A stretch of DNA of 64,000 nt from Callorhinchus milii (lineage: Eukaryota): the NCBI RefSeq assembly GCF_018977255.1, contig NW_024704742.1:32738001-32802000 (forward strand), written 5' to 3'. Numbering within the stretch: the stretch's first letter is position 1; each line of letters begins with the position of its first letter. Below are positions 22,789 through 36,300 of the stretch, in pieces. Below the pieces are notes generated by a model, which searched no databases, was not told the DNA's origin, and saw nothing but the letters and a program-made list of their open reading frames with translations. The translations under genes and the position numbers were made by a program.

Positions 22789-25700
22789 TTGAACTGTATC
22801 CTCTGTGAGTTGGGAAGCCAGTGGAACCAGGTGAGGATGGGGATGAGAGGGTCACGGAGCCTGGTGCGGGAAAGGACGCAGGCTGCAGAGTTCTGGATGA
22901 TCTGCAGCCTATGAAGGGAGGAGTTGGGGAGGCTGACAAGCAAGGAGTTTGAATCGTCAAGCCTCAGTGTAATGAAAGCGTGTATGAGCGTTTCAGCGGC
23001 CTGAGGTGTGAGACAGTGTCGGAGCCGGGCGATGTTGCGGAGGTGGGGGAAGGCAGAGCGGTTCATGGCACAGATGTGGGGTAGAAAGAATAGTTGAGGG
23101 TCAAACAAGACTCCAAGGTTCTGAACTGGCTTAGTAAGGTGGAGTGTGCAACCGTGGATGGTGATGCTGTCAGTGCCTGAGGTGTGGAGATGCTGACAGG
23201 ACCCAATCAGGAGGGTCTCGGTCTTGTTGATGTTCAACTGCAGGAAGTTAGCTCTCATCCAGGACTTGATGTCTGACAGTCATGGAGTCATGGAGTTAAG
23301 AGTGGACGCAGAGAGGTAGAGTTGGGTGTCATCCACGAACATGTGCTAGTTGACCCAATATCTGCGGATGATCAATTTTCAATTTTTTGATGGATAGTTA
23401 CAGTATTGCTATAAGTTTATATTTTCTAGAGTGCCTCGAATCAAAAGAGAACATGTTCCTAGTTTTCAACAATTTGGGATTGCAGTCCAAGAAGCTCAGT
23501 TAGGTAGATGTCTATCTGACTCTCTGTCACCACAGGCATAAAGGCTCAGTTTCTTGTTGGGATGAGATGAGGTAAACATTGGCAAAGCATGATCTGAAGC
23601 AGCTGGGTTGTAGCACTGAATTGCCTTTTCAGGGGAATCCATTCAATAGCTTGTTTTCCACTTTTCTATAACAATGTTTTAAGCCTTAACGTTACCAGCA
23701 TTGCCTTCAAAGTACAGTGATACCAGATCTAAATATTTACATGGGACGTTTCTGCACAGAAGGGGACCATTATGTCATTATCCCATCATGTCTGTGCCAC
23801 TTTAATGTCAAAAGAAGATCAACTCAGATATCAACCTTGTGGATAAGTAGGGACAGGGAGCAGTGGAGGAAAGAGCTGCTGCTGGAACATGTAAGCTTTT
23901 TAATATAAAGTAATACAGTATTTGTTAAGAAATATTACTGTTTGCTAAGATTCACTAGCTGCTTCAAACTCTTATAATGCCACAATTTGGCCTCCATATC
24001 CTTTTTTAAAAAATTCTTCTGTTCCTCTGCTACAAGCTACAAGTTTTTGCTACAAGCTTCTTTTTTTATTGAGTACAATTCAATTAATTCAAAGTATCAA
24101 AGCACATGCAGGTACTGCTTTCCCGAGCAGACATTGTTACACATGCCAGTACCTGAAATCTTTGGAAGTTTGCCTTCTAAGGTGAACCTGCTTTCACGAT
24201 GTTTAGAGCTGGTGTTTGCACTGTTTTAATGTGTCAAGTGTGTAAATGCAATGGGAAGAGTACGAAAGTACATGTGAAGAGTGAGCGAATTGTGAACGTC
24301 AAGAGGGAACGAGGAGGGTTGTAGTGTTGCAGGAACACAGGTTGACAGTGAAAGACTCAAGCCACAGGAAGAAGTTTCTAGAAGGCAAGATGTGGTTCAG
24401 AAGGAGGAGAAACTGAAGAGAAACTTATGGTAAGGGAGGGTGGAAAAGTGTGGAACAGAGAGCATTGATGAGGTTGGGAGAGTGATTCCTGGAACAAAAG
24501 ATAAAGCAATGTAAAACTACTACTGTGTTTTGGAGGAAATGACACGAGCCAGGGGACAAAGTTGCACAAAAGGAAATTATTTTAACAGTGTTAATAGAGG
24601 GATACTTTCTTCTTATTTCTTTATATTGCCAAATATGGAAACAATATGCAAGCAAATGTTCTGTATGTATTGGTTTTGCCAAATAAAGAAAATGTAATTT
24701 TCCATTTGAACGGTGTATCGTCTCTCTGCACGCTGCGCTTCCTGGTGAAATGCTGCAACTGATGGAAACAGCAAGTGTGACAGTCGTCATAAGAGTCTGA
24801 GTTTCAGGTTGCAGTTGTACATGCATCTAATGTGGAAACAAACACAATAAACCAAGGTGTTGCTCCCCCCTCAACACATTCCTTTCACATGACACAAACA
24901 TGGAAACTTTTTGCTTGAGCCAGTGTAGGGTGTCGTCTCCATGGTCCAATGGTGACTTCCAAGTCAGCCGCGACACTTAACAAGATATTATCTTCACATC
25001 GCAAAACCATCCATTACAAACACAGTTAACTCAAACATAGTCAGTCCACTTAGGATGTTTCCTGGGAAATGACTTATTTGATTGCACATACCTACCCTGC
25101 AGAACTGAATAATAGTAATAATAATAATCCTTGCATTTGATATAGCGCCTTATCACATCTTCAAGAATCCTCAAAGTGCTTCACAGAATATACTGTAAAG
25201 TGAATTGCCTGATTATTTTGTGGGTGGAATGCAGGAGTCAATTGCATTTATGAATCAACTTGTATTTATATAGCGTCTCAGAGCGCTTGACAGTGGCAGA
25301 GTACGAATCATGAGAGGGTGAGCTCCACAGACTGATGGGGGAGACTAGTGACTTGCATAAACAGATAGGCTAACTGTTACCTATTGTGTGATCACTCCCT
25401 GCTCTATGTTAGATCTGGAGAATATCGCACAGTATGAATCACAATATGGTTCAATCAAACAATGAGCGGATCCAACCCTGGTCTAGATAATGATTTAGTA
25501 AGGTGGGGACGGCCTGCAGAAGGTTACAGTCTAAAGGTACTGCAGCAAAGCAGAGAAATAAATCACATAGTTTGCAGGTAGGAAGATAAACAACAACTCG
25601 CATTTATATAGTGCCTTTCAAATAGGATCAATCTCTCTGAGTAGCTGGTGCAAGCTTGAAAATAACCCATCGCAGGTTAGTGGACAAGTTGAATCATTTC

Positions 25701-28700
25701 ACTTGATTGTATTCATGACCAAACTTTAATAATTTAATTGATACACTATAACGCTCTTGCTTAATTTGCATCAATAAAAAGAGTCAGTGGTGGAGTGCTG
25801 AGAATACAATGAAGGCTAACTTTTTACCATATGCTTTCTAAAAAAGAATACAGCTTATCATTGGGAAAAAAAATGTGTAGGGTAAGCAGTATATTAATGA
25901 GTGGAATTGAAGGATCACAAAAAGGTCAATAACGTGTTCTGAATCTATTATTGCTTTGGCAGGGCTAACTCATATTACGTTTCAACAGCATACATATAAG
26001 TAAATGCCAGGATCTCTGTTATAGATACTGTTGCCCTGAATATACTTGTTGGAGCAACTATTGGGATGGCGATGGTTTGCAATTGGCTGCTGCATTTCGC
26101 CCACAAAATACAGTCAATTAACTTTACAGTATATTCTGTGAAGCGCTTTGAGACGTCTTGATCATGTGGTAAGGCACTATTTGAAATGCATGGATTATTA
26201 TTATTAAATAATAATAATATTGTTATTTTACTGATGAAAGGTTTCTAAGTTGAAAATTGAAAATTCAATTGGAATTTTCAAGACCGAGGTAGATAGATAT
26301 TTGTCAGGTAAGGGTACGGAGAAATGGCGGATAAATAGAGTTGAGCTACAGATCAGCCATGTTGTAATAGAATGGCGCAAAAGGCTCGAGGGGCTAAATG
26401 ACCTACTCCGCTTGCTGTGCTCCTATGTTTCTAAGTCACAAACTAAATGGAAGTGTAATTGGTAGCTACAATACGCTACCCATTAAAGCATCCCTGCCAT
26501 GCTTTAATGGGATCAATTACTGGCATTCATGCTAAAACAGCTTGGAAAATATTCTTAAAATTGGTTTGTAGACCTTTTTGCATTTGAGGGGTTTTAAATC
26601 CATGGTCACAGTGCTGACTTTTTAAAATATAAATAGTCTGTTTAATGCATTGGTTGCTGGACTATGTGTGTTATTCAAAGATTTGTAAATGTTTGGAATA
26701 ATCTGCCAAGTAAAACAACAGAGACAAAAGGTAAGGGGATATTAAAAATACAATTAGGATCCAAGATGAGAGCAAGTGCTTTGGGTCACTACCCTGCGTG
26801 AGGGCCTCTAAATAAATGCAAGTTGTTATTCTTAAGTGTATGCGAAGTGAGACTTTAGTGAGTTGAATGATCTTTTCTCACCCCTTACTTTGTATAACAT
26901 TTGGTTAGGTGTTATCGCAATTCTTAAAATTAATGCAGTGTTCCTTGATAAAAATACAGTATCAGCAAAAGGTTACCGACTTTTGTTTCAAATCCACATT
27001 ATTTTTGTACGTTTAATACCAGTCTTGTTTTTGACTATTATAAAGGGGGGTGACATTCTTATTTTTTTTGCAATCAAATCATTCTCTGATGAAGCATGCA
27101 AACAGGCTTCAATGCTCATTTGTGAGTTCATGAAGAGCTGACACAATATATAATCATGTGCACCAAAATAATCTAATAGACATTTGTGAAATTTGACAGC
27201 TTGGTATGCAGTATGTTTCTGTTTTCCAAATTTACAAATCAAACCTTCCCATTTTATCTGTCCATAATATAAAATGCTGTACAGTAGATTTACTTCATCA
27301 ATGTTTATGGGCATACTCAAATGGTGAGTGTTTGTATAAAAAAAAGTGATTTTCAAGTAACCACGACAGCACTGGTGTTGGGTATCGGTTTGGCTTCAGC
27401 TCAGATGGCTGCTATTCTCTCCTTTCTGTTTACAGTCTAACATATTAATTCCACAAACACCTGCTCTACAGTCTACTGCTGATGATCCCAAGAAACTTGG
27501 CTAAGAACTTTCAGCGTAACGTTTTTGGTGTCCTCAATTGACTTCTGCATTCTTACGTTAACTGACCTCCGTGTAGCGTACAAAACCACACAAGATTCCA
27601 GTTCGGTTCCCTGTATTGAATAAACCCATAAACACTTCTCTGAAACTTAACTTAGTTTCAGTCAAACTCTCAAAGTGTAAAAGAGAAGATCAAAGCTTTT
27701 GCACTGACCATAATTGGATGGTCTCCCTTAACTTCCTCATCTGCCTCTAACATCTTAATATAAAAGCACAGAAGACCCGAAATGAGAAAAAGTAAATTGG
27801 TTCACTAAGTCAGCACCTTCCAATACGTCCCCATCCAATTTACGTTATCACTGTCTCTCCAAGTTATTTACCATGCTGAACTTCAAGCATCTCAGAGTGT
27901 TTGAAGCACAGAAGGAAACCATTTGGCCCATTGTGCTTGTGCCAGCTCTTTGAAAGAGCTACTAACTAGTTCCACTCCCCTGCTCTTACCCCATAACCCT
28001 GAAAAAAATTCCTTTTGAAGTCCGTATCCAATTCCCTTTTGAAAGCTACTATCGACAACGAAATGCATGTTGTTGTGGTTGGTTTTGGCGATGCCTAGGG
28101 ACAGTTTCACATGTTTTACAGTTTTTGCATGTTACAATTCCCTTCTAATGAAACTTGCTATGCCATCAACAACAGCACAAACAAAATCCACACACTGCTT
28201 GTCCCCATCTCCCCATTCAGAAAATCCTGACTCCGCCCCGACGTTCTCGTGCGGTGACTGCGAAGCTGCTTTGCATGAGTTTTTTTCCAGGAATCTCAAG
28301 GATGTCCAGCTGTTCCACACAGCTGCCTCTAGATTACAAGTGTATCGCTGATGCCATGGCAGTCCACTGACGTCAACCTGCTTGTGTTTCCATCAGTTGT
28401 TGGATGAACTAAAAAGCTTTGCTCACATTCAAACCAAGACACAACCTATTTTATTTAAAAAAAGCAATTTTGTATTTAGTTTGACTTCCCTGATCTGAAT
28501 ATGTGCGTGTATACGTATGATATAACATTTGTATTGTAATACAATACATTGATTACAATTAAAAATACCTTTCATCACTCAGACACTGCTTTGAAACAGT
28601 TAAAGAAAATATCCGTGAGTGGTATGATGTCAACTCTGTTTATATAATATCTTACCCTTTGAAACATATGCAGAAAAAATTGTGGTCTTGAGAAGTTCAT

Positions 28701-31700
28701 TAGCTGGGTCCAACTTGTAATATGTCCAGTTTTTTTTAATTTTGTTTCATGCAGTATATAATAATCATCATTAAATTTGATACAGTTCCTTTCATAGCAG
28801 GAGGACATCTTAAAGTACTTCACCGGATTTACTGTATGTCATTGTGACAAGAATGATCCGCTTACCAAAGCATTGCTTTCAAACTACAATATTTTCATTT
28901 AAGAAGGACCACTGGCAAAACTTCAACTCGGCTTTTTCAAGTGATGCTGCTATAGATTTCCAGCATTCCTGTTGCTTTTTATTGCTATTTCTATTTGTGT
29001 TTTCCCTGCATTCACTGTGAAAATTAGAGCAGACAGAAAGACTGCAGCGATTCGGGGGATATTCCTTGTGTTGATAAAATTGGATATAGAGCCTTTTGTA
29101 GACTCAGCGACATGCACTTGTATAATGCTTTACCTTAAATATACAACTTGAAGTACTTCACAAACAACAATTTATATTTATATAGCATCCTTTACACTGG
29201 GTGGTGTCTGGGAGCACTTAAAATAACAATAACTTGAAATGAAGTGAATGGTGGAGTGGAATTCATTGCAGCTTTCAAGAGGGAAGTAAACAGGCATATG
29301 AAAGCTAGAGGTTTAAAGGGTAATGGGGAAAGGTGGAGCGATGTGAATTGAATTGATCTTCTTGCTCTGTGAGCCCATATGGACTCGATGGGTCGCATAA
29401 CCTTCTGTGATGTAGATTTCTATGTTTCTATATAGAGCCAAAAATGGCAGCTACTGCACAAACTGTGCCCCAACAACATTGCGATAAACAGACAATTTCA
29501 TAATTTTTTTTGGGGGGGTGAGTTTAAATGAGGCAGGAAGATTAGATGGAAAAGATCCCACTTCTATTTGAAATAGAGGCAGGGGATCCCACAATATTCA
29601 TCTGAATCATAAGGTAGATGGGACCTTAGTTTAAGGACTCAATCGGCAAAGGAATGATGATCTGGAATAAAATAATAACGAAAAATTGCAATGGACAAAA
29701 GCATTTATAAGGTCGAGAAAACTCAAAGCATTACATGGATGTAAGTACAGTATTTATGTGATCTTGTTTGAATCAGGAATTCCCTCCTGTGCTAGAACCA
29801 ATTGCAATAATCAGATTTTCACCANTTTTTTCCCCTCCAATTTCTCCCTGTGTCTCCTAAATGAATTTCATTTCTTTTTGTCCTTCAGCTGGACTCCTGT
29901 GGTCGCAGTAGGTTGATTCTCAAGTTACAAATATCTCTGTTGAGCCAGAACTAGTTGCAGCAGGTGTAACTAGTTGAAAGAGCAGATGGGAGCATCATTA
30001 ATTGGTAGTGCCCTTGTGTGAGAAGCTGAGTTCAAGCCTCGCACTGCTGGGACTTCAAACTCATGGTCTAGGCTTATGCGTCAATATATTGTTCAGGGAG
30101 ACATTAAACTACCTATTAAAGGTGGATGTGACAAATCCCACGGCACTATTTGAAAAAGAGAAGGGAGTTTCACAAACACCAACAGAGAAACATCGCACTT
30201 TTAAATGACTTGAATGCTGTGCTAATGTTAAAAATAATCAAAGCTGTAAGGTGACCACTGGAGTTTGAAAGAGTTGATAGAGTTTGGAAATCTTTATTTT
30301 CTTCATAAATTTGTTAACAGTGTAAACATTTCGAGCCCAGTTTCACCCAGCACATGAGTCACACAGCGTACAAGTACATTTCATCTGGCAAATGGAAGAA
30401 CCAGAATCCATTCTCTTTAACTGGAACACTCCCTGATAAAGTTGCACTATATACAGTTCAGTACTGGTTAAGAGGTTTGCCCTCTGAATGAATCCAGTCA
30501 TCAGTAAGCCAATGTCAGTTGAAGCAAAAATCAAAGCAAAAGGATGGCAAAGGAATCTTTTAAAAATATCAGGATGAAACATATCCTGTTTTAGAGATTG
30601 TGTTTTAACAGACTCAATTTTTAAAAAATATAAATTAAAAATCATTTACATTGTAGTATTGACATTTACTTACATTTAAACTCTTTTTATTTGGAAATGT
30701 TTCCATCTGAGGTTCTTTTCACATTGAAATTTAATTATTTTAAAACTATGGCAAAAATTAATGCTGCAGAGTTCTATGGTTCTCAGCCTATACTGGGAAA
30801 ATAGCACTGTCGCTCACCAGTCATCAGGTGTCAATATTGTATTCAGACTGGTGAAACAAACAGCTCAAGTATTATTTGCCATGCATGAAGTTTGATAGTG
30901 TAGTTGCGATTGGATAGTCTTGTTTGATTCTGTACCTAGATATACATACATGGGGTAAAAAGCAGTGGGTCTGTAAGGAGTGGGGGTGGAAAGTGTCTTG
31001 ATTTAATGATGGGGAGCACAATACCTCATTGAGTTACTTTTCTCTCACTAATATAGTTGTACTGCTGCTATCATACCTCCATTTGCCACCCTGGCTGAAG
31101 TCAGTTACTCTATCACACACCAGATCATTGTTTGTGGTACCATGTCAAGTGATGAGGATACTCCCTGAAGCATAAGAGAAGTCAAGTACTTCCTTTTTAA
31201 AATTATATAAATTTATAAGTTGCAATAAAAAACGATGTGTTTTTCCCAGCCTGCATAGTTTGCTGTTGGTATTTACATGCCTTGTGATTGAGGATTAGTC
31301 TGTTCTGCATACAGCACATATTAATGAGTTGCAAGCATGATACATGTACTGTATGTAGGTGGATGCTATCAGCCCTCAGTGACAGTAATGGCAAGAGAAG
31401 AAAGAAGAATGAAAATAAATAGTGGAACTAAGAGAAATAGGAACCCTTCTTGTCCACTGAAATGGGCTTTGTCTATGGTTTCAATTGCTGGAAGTCCCTT
31501 TTTGGCCAAAATATTCAAGCCACCTATTGTTGTACAGTTCAAATCTACTTGTAGATTATCATTATGTGCTAAATTCTCTTTCGGCTCACAAACACATCTC
31601 AACTAGTAAATGTCAGGAGCTCCGAATTTTGCATTTTGGGTATGTGTTCGGCTCCTCAAAGATTCTGAAGCTGCACATTCCCAACATGAATTTCATATTC

Positions 31701-32329
31701 AGAGCCCCAAACAATGGTGAGTCTCAGTGTTTTCACATTCCCCCCCACCCATGTGTCCAGACCTACCTACTGATGTGTTGCAAAGTAGTTTTGCACATCT
31801 GTACTTTGCAGATGTGAAATTATAGTAAATATGGAAAATATTTTTCCTGAATATCAATATACTGTTAAATTACTTTTTGCTTTCTTAAAAAAAGTTAAAT
31901 ATATGTAAATACATGAATTATGTGTATGTATCAAATTAATGCATACAACCATAAAGAGGGCAGTGTATTCTTCTGAATTGCCACATAATCCTAAACATCT
32001 TAAAGGGAGATGCCAGAGTCTGAACTTCTACCTCGTCTTAGCCTGAAGACAATTTTGTCCTAAAACTTGAAGGCACAGATTTGGGAAAACTTCTTAAATT
32101 CTGTCTTAATTCGGAAGTCGATATTCCGCAGTTCTTTAAAAATGTGGGCTTCCAAATTAAGACTGAATTGAAAATTTTTGCACAATATTTAATAATAATC
32201 CTTGTAGTTGGATACAGCACTTATCACATCAAAACATCTCAAAGGGTTTCACAGAGTTTTTCTGTAAAGAGTAGTGACTGTGCATTTGTAGGCGAACACA
32301 TTCTTAACTTTTAACTTGGAATCACATAG

Positions 32330-32865
32330 TCTAAGGTGAAGCTCCAATGCAGTGCTGCCCGTGTGTTGCATTGTTGGAGGTGCCGTCCTTCAGATGAGAC
32401 ATTAAACCAAGGTCCCATTTGCCTGTTTAGGTGGATGTTAAAGATCCCATGGCACTATTTGAAAAAAGGGAGTTTTTCCGATGTCCTGGCCAACAATCCT
32501 CAAATAAAGTCGGTCACTCACTCCATGGCTGTTTGTGGGATATTGCTGTATGTAATGTCAGCCCACAAAATACACAAACCACTTTAATAATAAATAATAA
32601 TAATAATCTTTGCATTTGATATAGTGCTTTTCATGTCTTCTAAATGTCTCAAAGCGCTTCACAGAATATACTGCAAAGTGAATTGACTGTATATATTTTT
32701 TGTGGGTGAAATGCAGCAGGCAATTGCACACAGCAGTGTCCCACAAACAGTCGTGGATTGAGTGACCAAATTATTATTGTTTTTTTACAGTATATCTTGT
32801 GAAGTGCTTTGAGACACCTTGATGATATGATATGGCGTTATATCAAATGCAAGGATTATTATATT
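32330..32865 (+). mobile_element. SINE family B interrupted by an antisense SINE tail (32586-32784)
   Basis: Deu block 32360-32470; the tail is split at ...CACTT / TTTACAGTATATC... Confidence 0.82.
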
Positions 32866-33150
32866 ATATTAACTTTTAAGGCAAGATGATCTTACATGTC
32901 ACTGAAAAGGGGATTCCAGGTGAAAAGGCTGCCCCAGGATGCCTTCGACCAGCTATTGTGGGGCATGGAGAGATGGGTAAGAAAGACAGAGATGTCAATT
33001 TAACATTCAGAATCCTGTAGCAATTCAAATACACGTCCCCTTTAATTAGCAAGAAGCTTGTGAGTTTTCTTGATTGTTCGATCATTTTTACAACTTTTTT
33101 TTTTAACTCTTGTTTTCCTGCAGTATCCGTCATCAGTGAAAGCCTTGATC

Positions 33151-33322
33151 TCAGAACCAGTCATATGTTTCCGTTTCTGACTGTCCTGCAAACACTCTTT
33201 TACACATGTTAGAGTTTTCTTGATGAAGAGGGAATTCTGATCCAGGAATCAGGATTTTCTTTCCTTTCCGAGAGACATATGCTTTCCCTGATGATAGCCT
33301 TTCATATTTGGTCACAAATTGT
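33151..33322 (-). CDS. MTTP: MTTP exon 18 (coding part)
   Basis: [59 protein letters not shown]. Confidence 0.96.
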
Positions 33323-36300
33323 CTGTAAAATCAAAAACTCATTAAGAATTGGTTCTGGTCAAGAAATGGTGCTTTCTCAGTTGTACAGCTAACAGGGTTG
33401 TTGACCTTTCAAAAGCACAAATGATACAGTTTCTTGTTCTATAATGTAAAGCTGACAATGTGTTTGTGAATTCTGAATTACTGCTTTAGAAATTGTCTTG
33501 AAAGATAGTGAACAGAGAACACTGCTTAGTCACAGCTGATGCTTCAGTTATCTCTTCAGTGCTATCAAAATCTACAGTTAAACCAGTTAAGTAAAGAAGA
33601 CACATTGCAAAAACGTACATGCTGTAATACAATAATAATCCTTGCATTTGATATAGTGCTTTTCACATCTTTGAGTGAAGCACTTCACAGAATATACTTA
33701 CTGCTAGGTAAACTCCGTGTGGAGTAAGGAAACTTTCCCAATATTTCGCCCTACCGGGAATCAAACCCAGGTCTCTCACTTGCGAGATGAGTGCTCTAAC
33801 CACTGAGCCACAGACATAGGAGACTGTCATCCCAATCAGTTTAGGCTGGCTTCAAAGTTAAGTTGAAGTGGTGAAATAGTGTTATTAACAATGTTGTAAT
33901 GTTTCAGAAAATTAGATTCAGACTGAGATACGGCAGGAATGGGCTCTTCCAGACAGGAACTAAAGATGGTGATACAGTTAAATTGTATAGTTGCCTGAAT
34001 CAAAGAACTATTGTATTGTTTAATGCCTTACAACACAGTATTATGTTGGATGATCTTATTCCTTACCTGTATGGAAACTGATCCTTGGTCATCTGCATGC
34101 AGACTAAAAATGGATATTCTGAAAATTTCACAGTTGAGACGAAATCAAGCTGGGCCTCTGTTTCCACACTGGTCTCTATTCCCGTCTTCACAGACAGTGA
34201 ATCCACCATAACGTTACCAACTACAACCATCGCACCTCTTCAAAACAAATATCAAATAAAAGCGAAACATTTAGGTTTGTACAATGTACCTGCACTCTGA
34301 TGAATAAAGAATCTTTTTCACCATATCCACTATCCTGGTCAACATTTCTTCAAATAAAATCAGTCATTTGCTTTATGGTTGTTTGTAGGACTGATGTGAC
34401 AGGTGTTATATACATGTAAATTTGTATTTTATTCTATCAATGGTATCTATTTTACAGTATCTGTGTTAGGAGCAAAGAAATTGTGAAGCTTAAAAACAGT
34501 GTTCATGTGTGATTGTGGCCCCACTATCACTGTCCCCTCGCTTACCTTGCCCCCTAGTCAACCTGCTCCCTGCTCACTCCATTCCCCTCTCACCCTGAGC
34601 CCCTCACACTGTGCCCCTCACCCTGCCCCACTCCCACTGCCCCCTCACCCTGTCCCCCTCACCCTGCCGCCCTCACCCTGCCCCCTCACCCTGCCCCCCT
34701 CACCCTGCCCCTCTCACACCTCCCCGCCTCACCCTGCCCCCCCACCTCTCACCCTGCCCCCCTCACCCTGCCCCCCTCACCCTGCCCCTCTCACACCTCC
34801 CCGCCTCACCCTGCCCCCCCACCTCTCACCCTGCCCCCCCTCAACATGCCCCCCCCTCACCTTGCACCCCGCTCTTTACACAAAGAGCTGTGTAAACTTT
34901 ATCAATGACAGTTGTTACCACAAGGAAGCAGCCTCTCACCTGTTTGCCACAGTGGTTTTGGACTCTCTGTACCACAGGCTGAAATCCATTCCACCTGAGA
35001 TGTCAATGGCTAAACCTCCTTGAAATTCCACATCTGCTAGTAGGCCAGATGCTAAACGTAAAACCTAAAGAAGAGAAAGGGAGAGATAATTTCCCTCTGA
35101 GGCTACACCAGCTATTCTTCAGCTACGGATATTGCACAATTGTTCTGGGATTGATCTACGTTCTGAGATGGAGTTTGCCACTCCATTCTGTGGGCCAGGC
35201 AAAAAACTGTCAAGTCCGGCAAGTCTGATAAACAATGCAATTTATGTTTATATAGCGCCTTTCAAGAAGACGTCTCAAAGCGCTTTGCACAGCTGACTGG
35301 GTTGGGGGTGGTGGGGGTGGGGGGGGGGAGGAGTGGGGTGGGAGCAAACTAGAGCTGAGAATAGTGGTGTGGAGGCGGAAGGTTGACCAAAAGTGCAGTC
35401 GATCAAGTAGGTCTTGAAGCGATCTTTTCAAGAAGGTAGGGGCGACGTGCAGGGTCTCAGGGATGGAGTTCAAGAGAGGAGTCAGAAAGCTGCTAAAGTG
35501 ACCATAAGGACACCTCCTCTTTACAATTTTTTGAAATTACATTCTGTGTTATCTGAAAGCTAAGGTTTTAAATGGGAGGTCAGGATGGGCACCTGCGAAT
35601 GATCCACCAGAAGAATAAGGCCTTTGACAACGTTTATTGGTTCTCCGGTTGCTGTGAACATCTTCGCCATCAAATCACTGTAACCATGGAAGAAGGTGAC
35701 TGGCCTGAGCTGCACGTCAAACAGCACAGCAGACATCCGAGCCAAGGACTCCAGCTCCTCTTCACCCTCATCAGGTGTCGCAGCTATTAAAGACTCCAGG
35801 CCCTGTGCCTCAATAACAACCTGCAAAAAGTTATGCTGACATTATAATAATAATAATAACTTTTTTTTAAAAATGTGGTCACTCAATCCATGACTGTGTG
35901 TAGGACATTGCTGTGCGCAAATGGCTGTCGTGTTTTGCCCACAAAATATAGTCAATTCACTTTGCAATATATTTTGTGAAGCACGTTGAGATGTCTGAAC
36001 GACATGATAAGACGCTATATCAAATGCAAGGATTCGTTTAAAAAAATTATTTCATATAGCGCTTTGCAGAGAATGTGTTCAAAGCACTTTACAAGATTTA
36101 CTCTAATGTGCAGTGAATGTGAAATTTATAGGCAAATCATAGTAGCCAATTTGTGTGCAGCAATGTCCCACAAACAGCTGTAAAGTGAATGACAAAATTT
36201 ATTTGGGGGATTGTTGGCCAGGACCCCAGGAGAAACTCCCTTCTCTTTTCAAATGGTGCCATGGGATCTTTAATATCCATCTGTATACGCAGACGGGACC

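Larger units (their letters stand above)
22260..23375 (-). mobile_element. L2-clade LINE with 3' tail, interrupted by a 145-bp insert
   Basis: MRANFLQLNINKTETLLIG...AETLIHAFIT; tail ...GGCGCTATACAAATTTAATTTGTTGTTG; same family as 766-1440. Confidence 0.93.

Noticed and set aside
20000..32300. Additional protein-coding gene between C4orf54 and MTTP
   Set aside because: Only short ORFs without recognisable domains or a consistent exon chain; the region is repeats and AT-rich non-coding DNA.
34499..35023. Proline-rich 174-aa ORF
   Set aside because: Translation of the C-rich minisatellite plus the antisense of MTTP exon 16.
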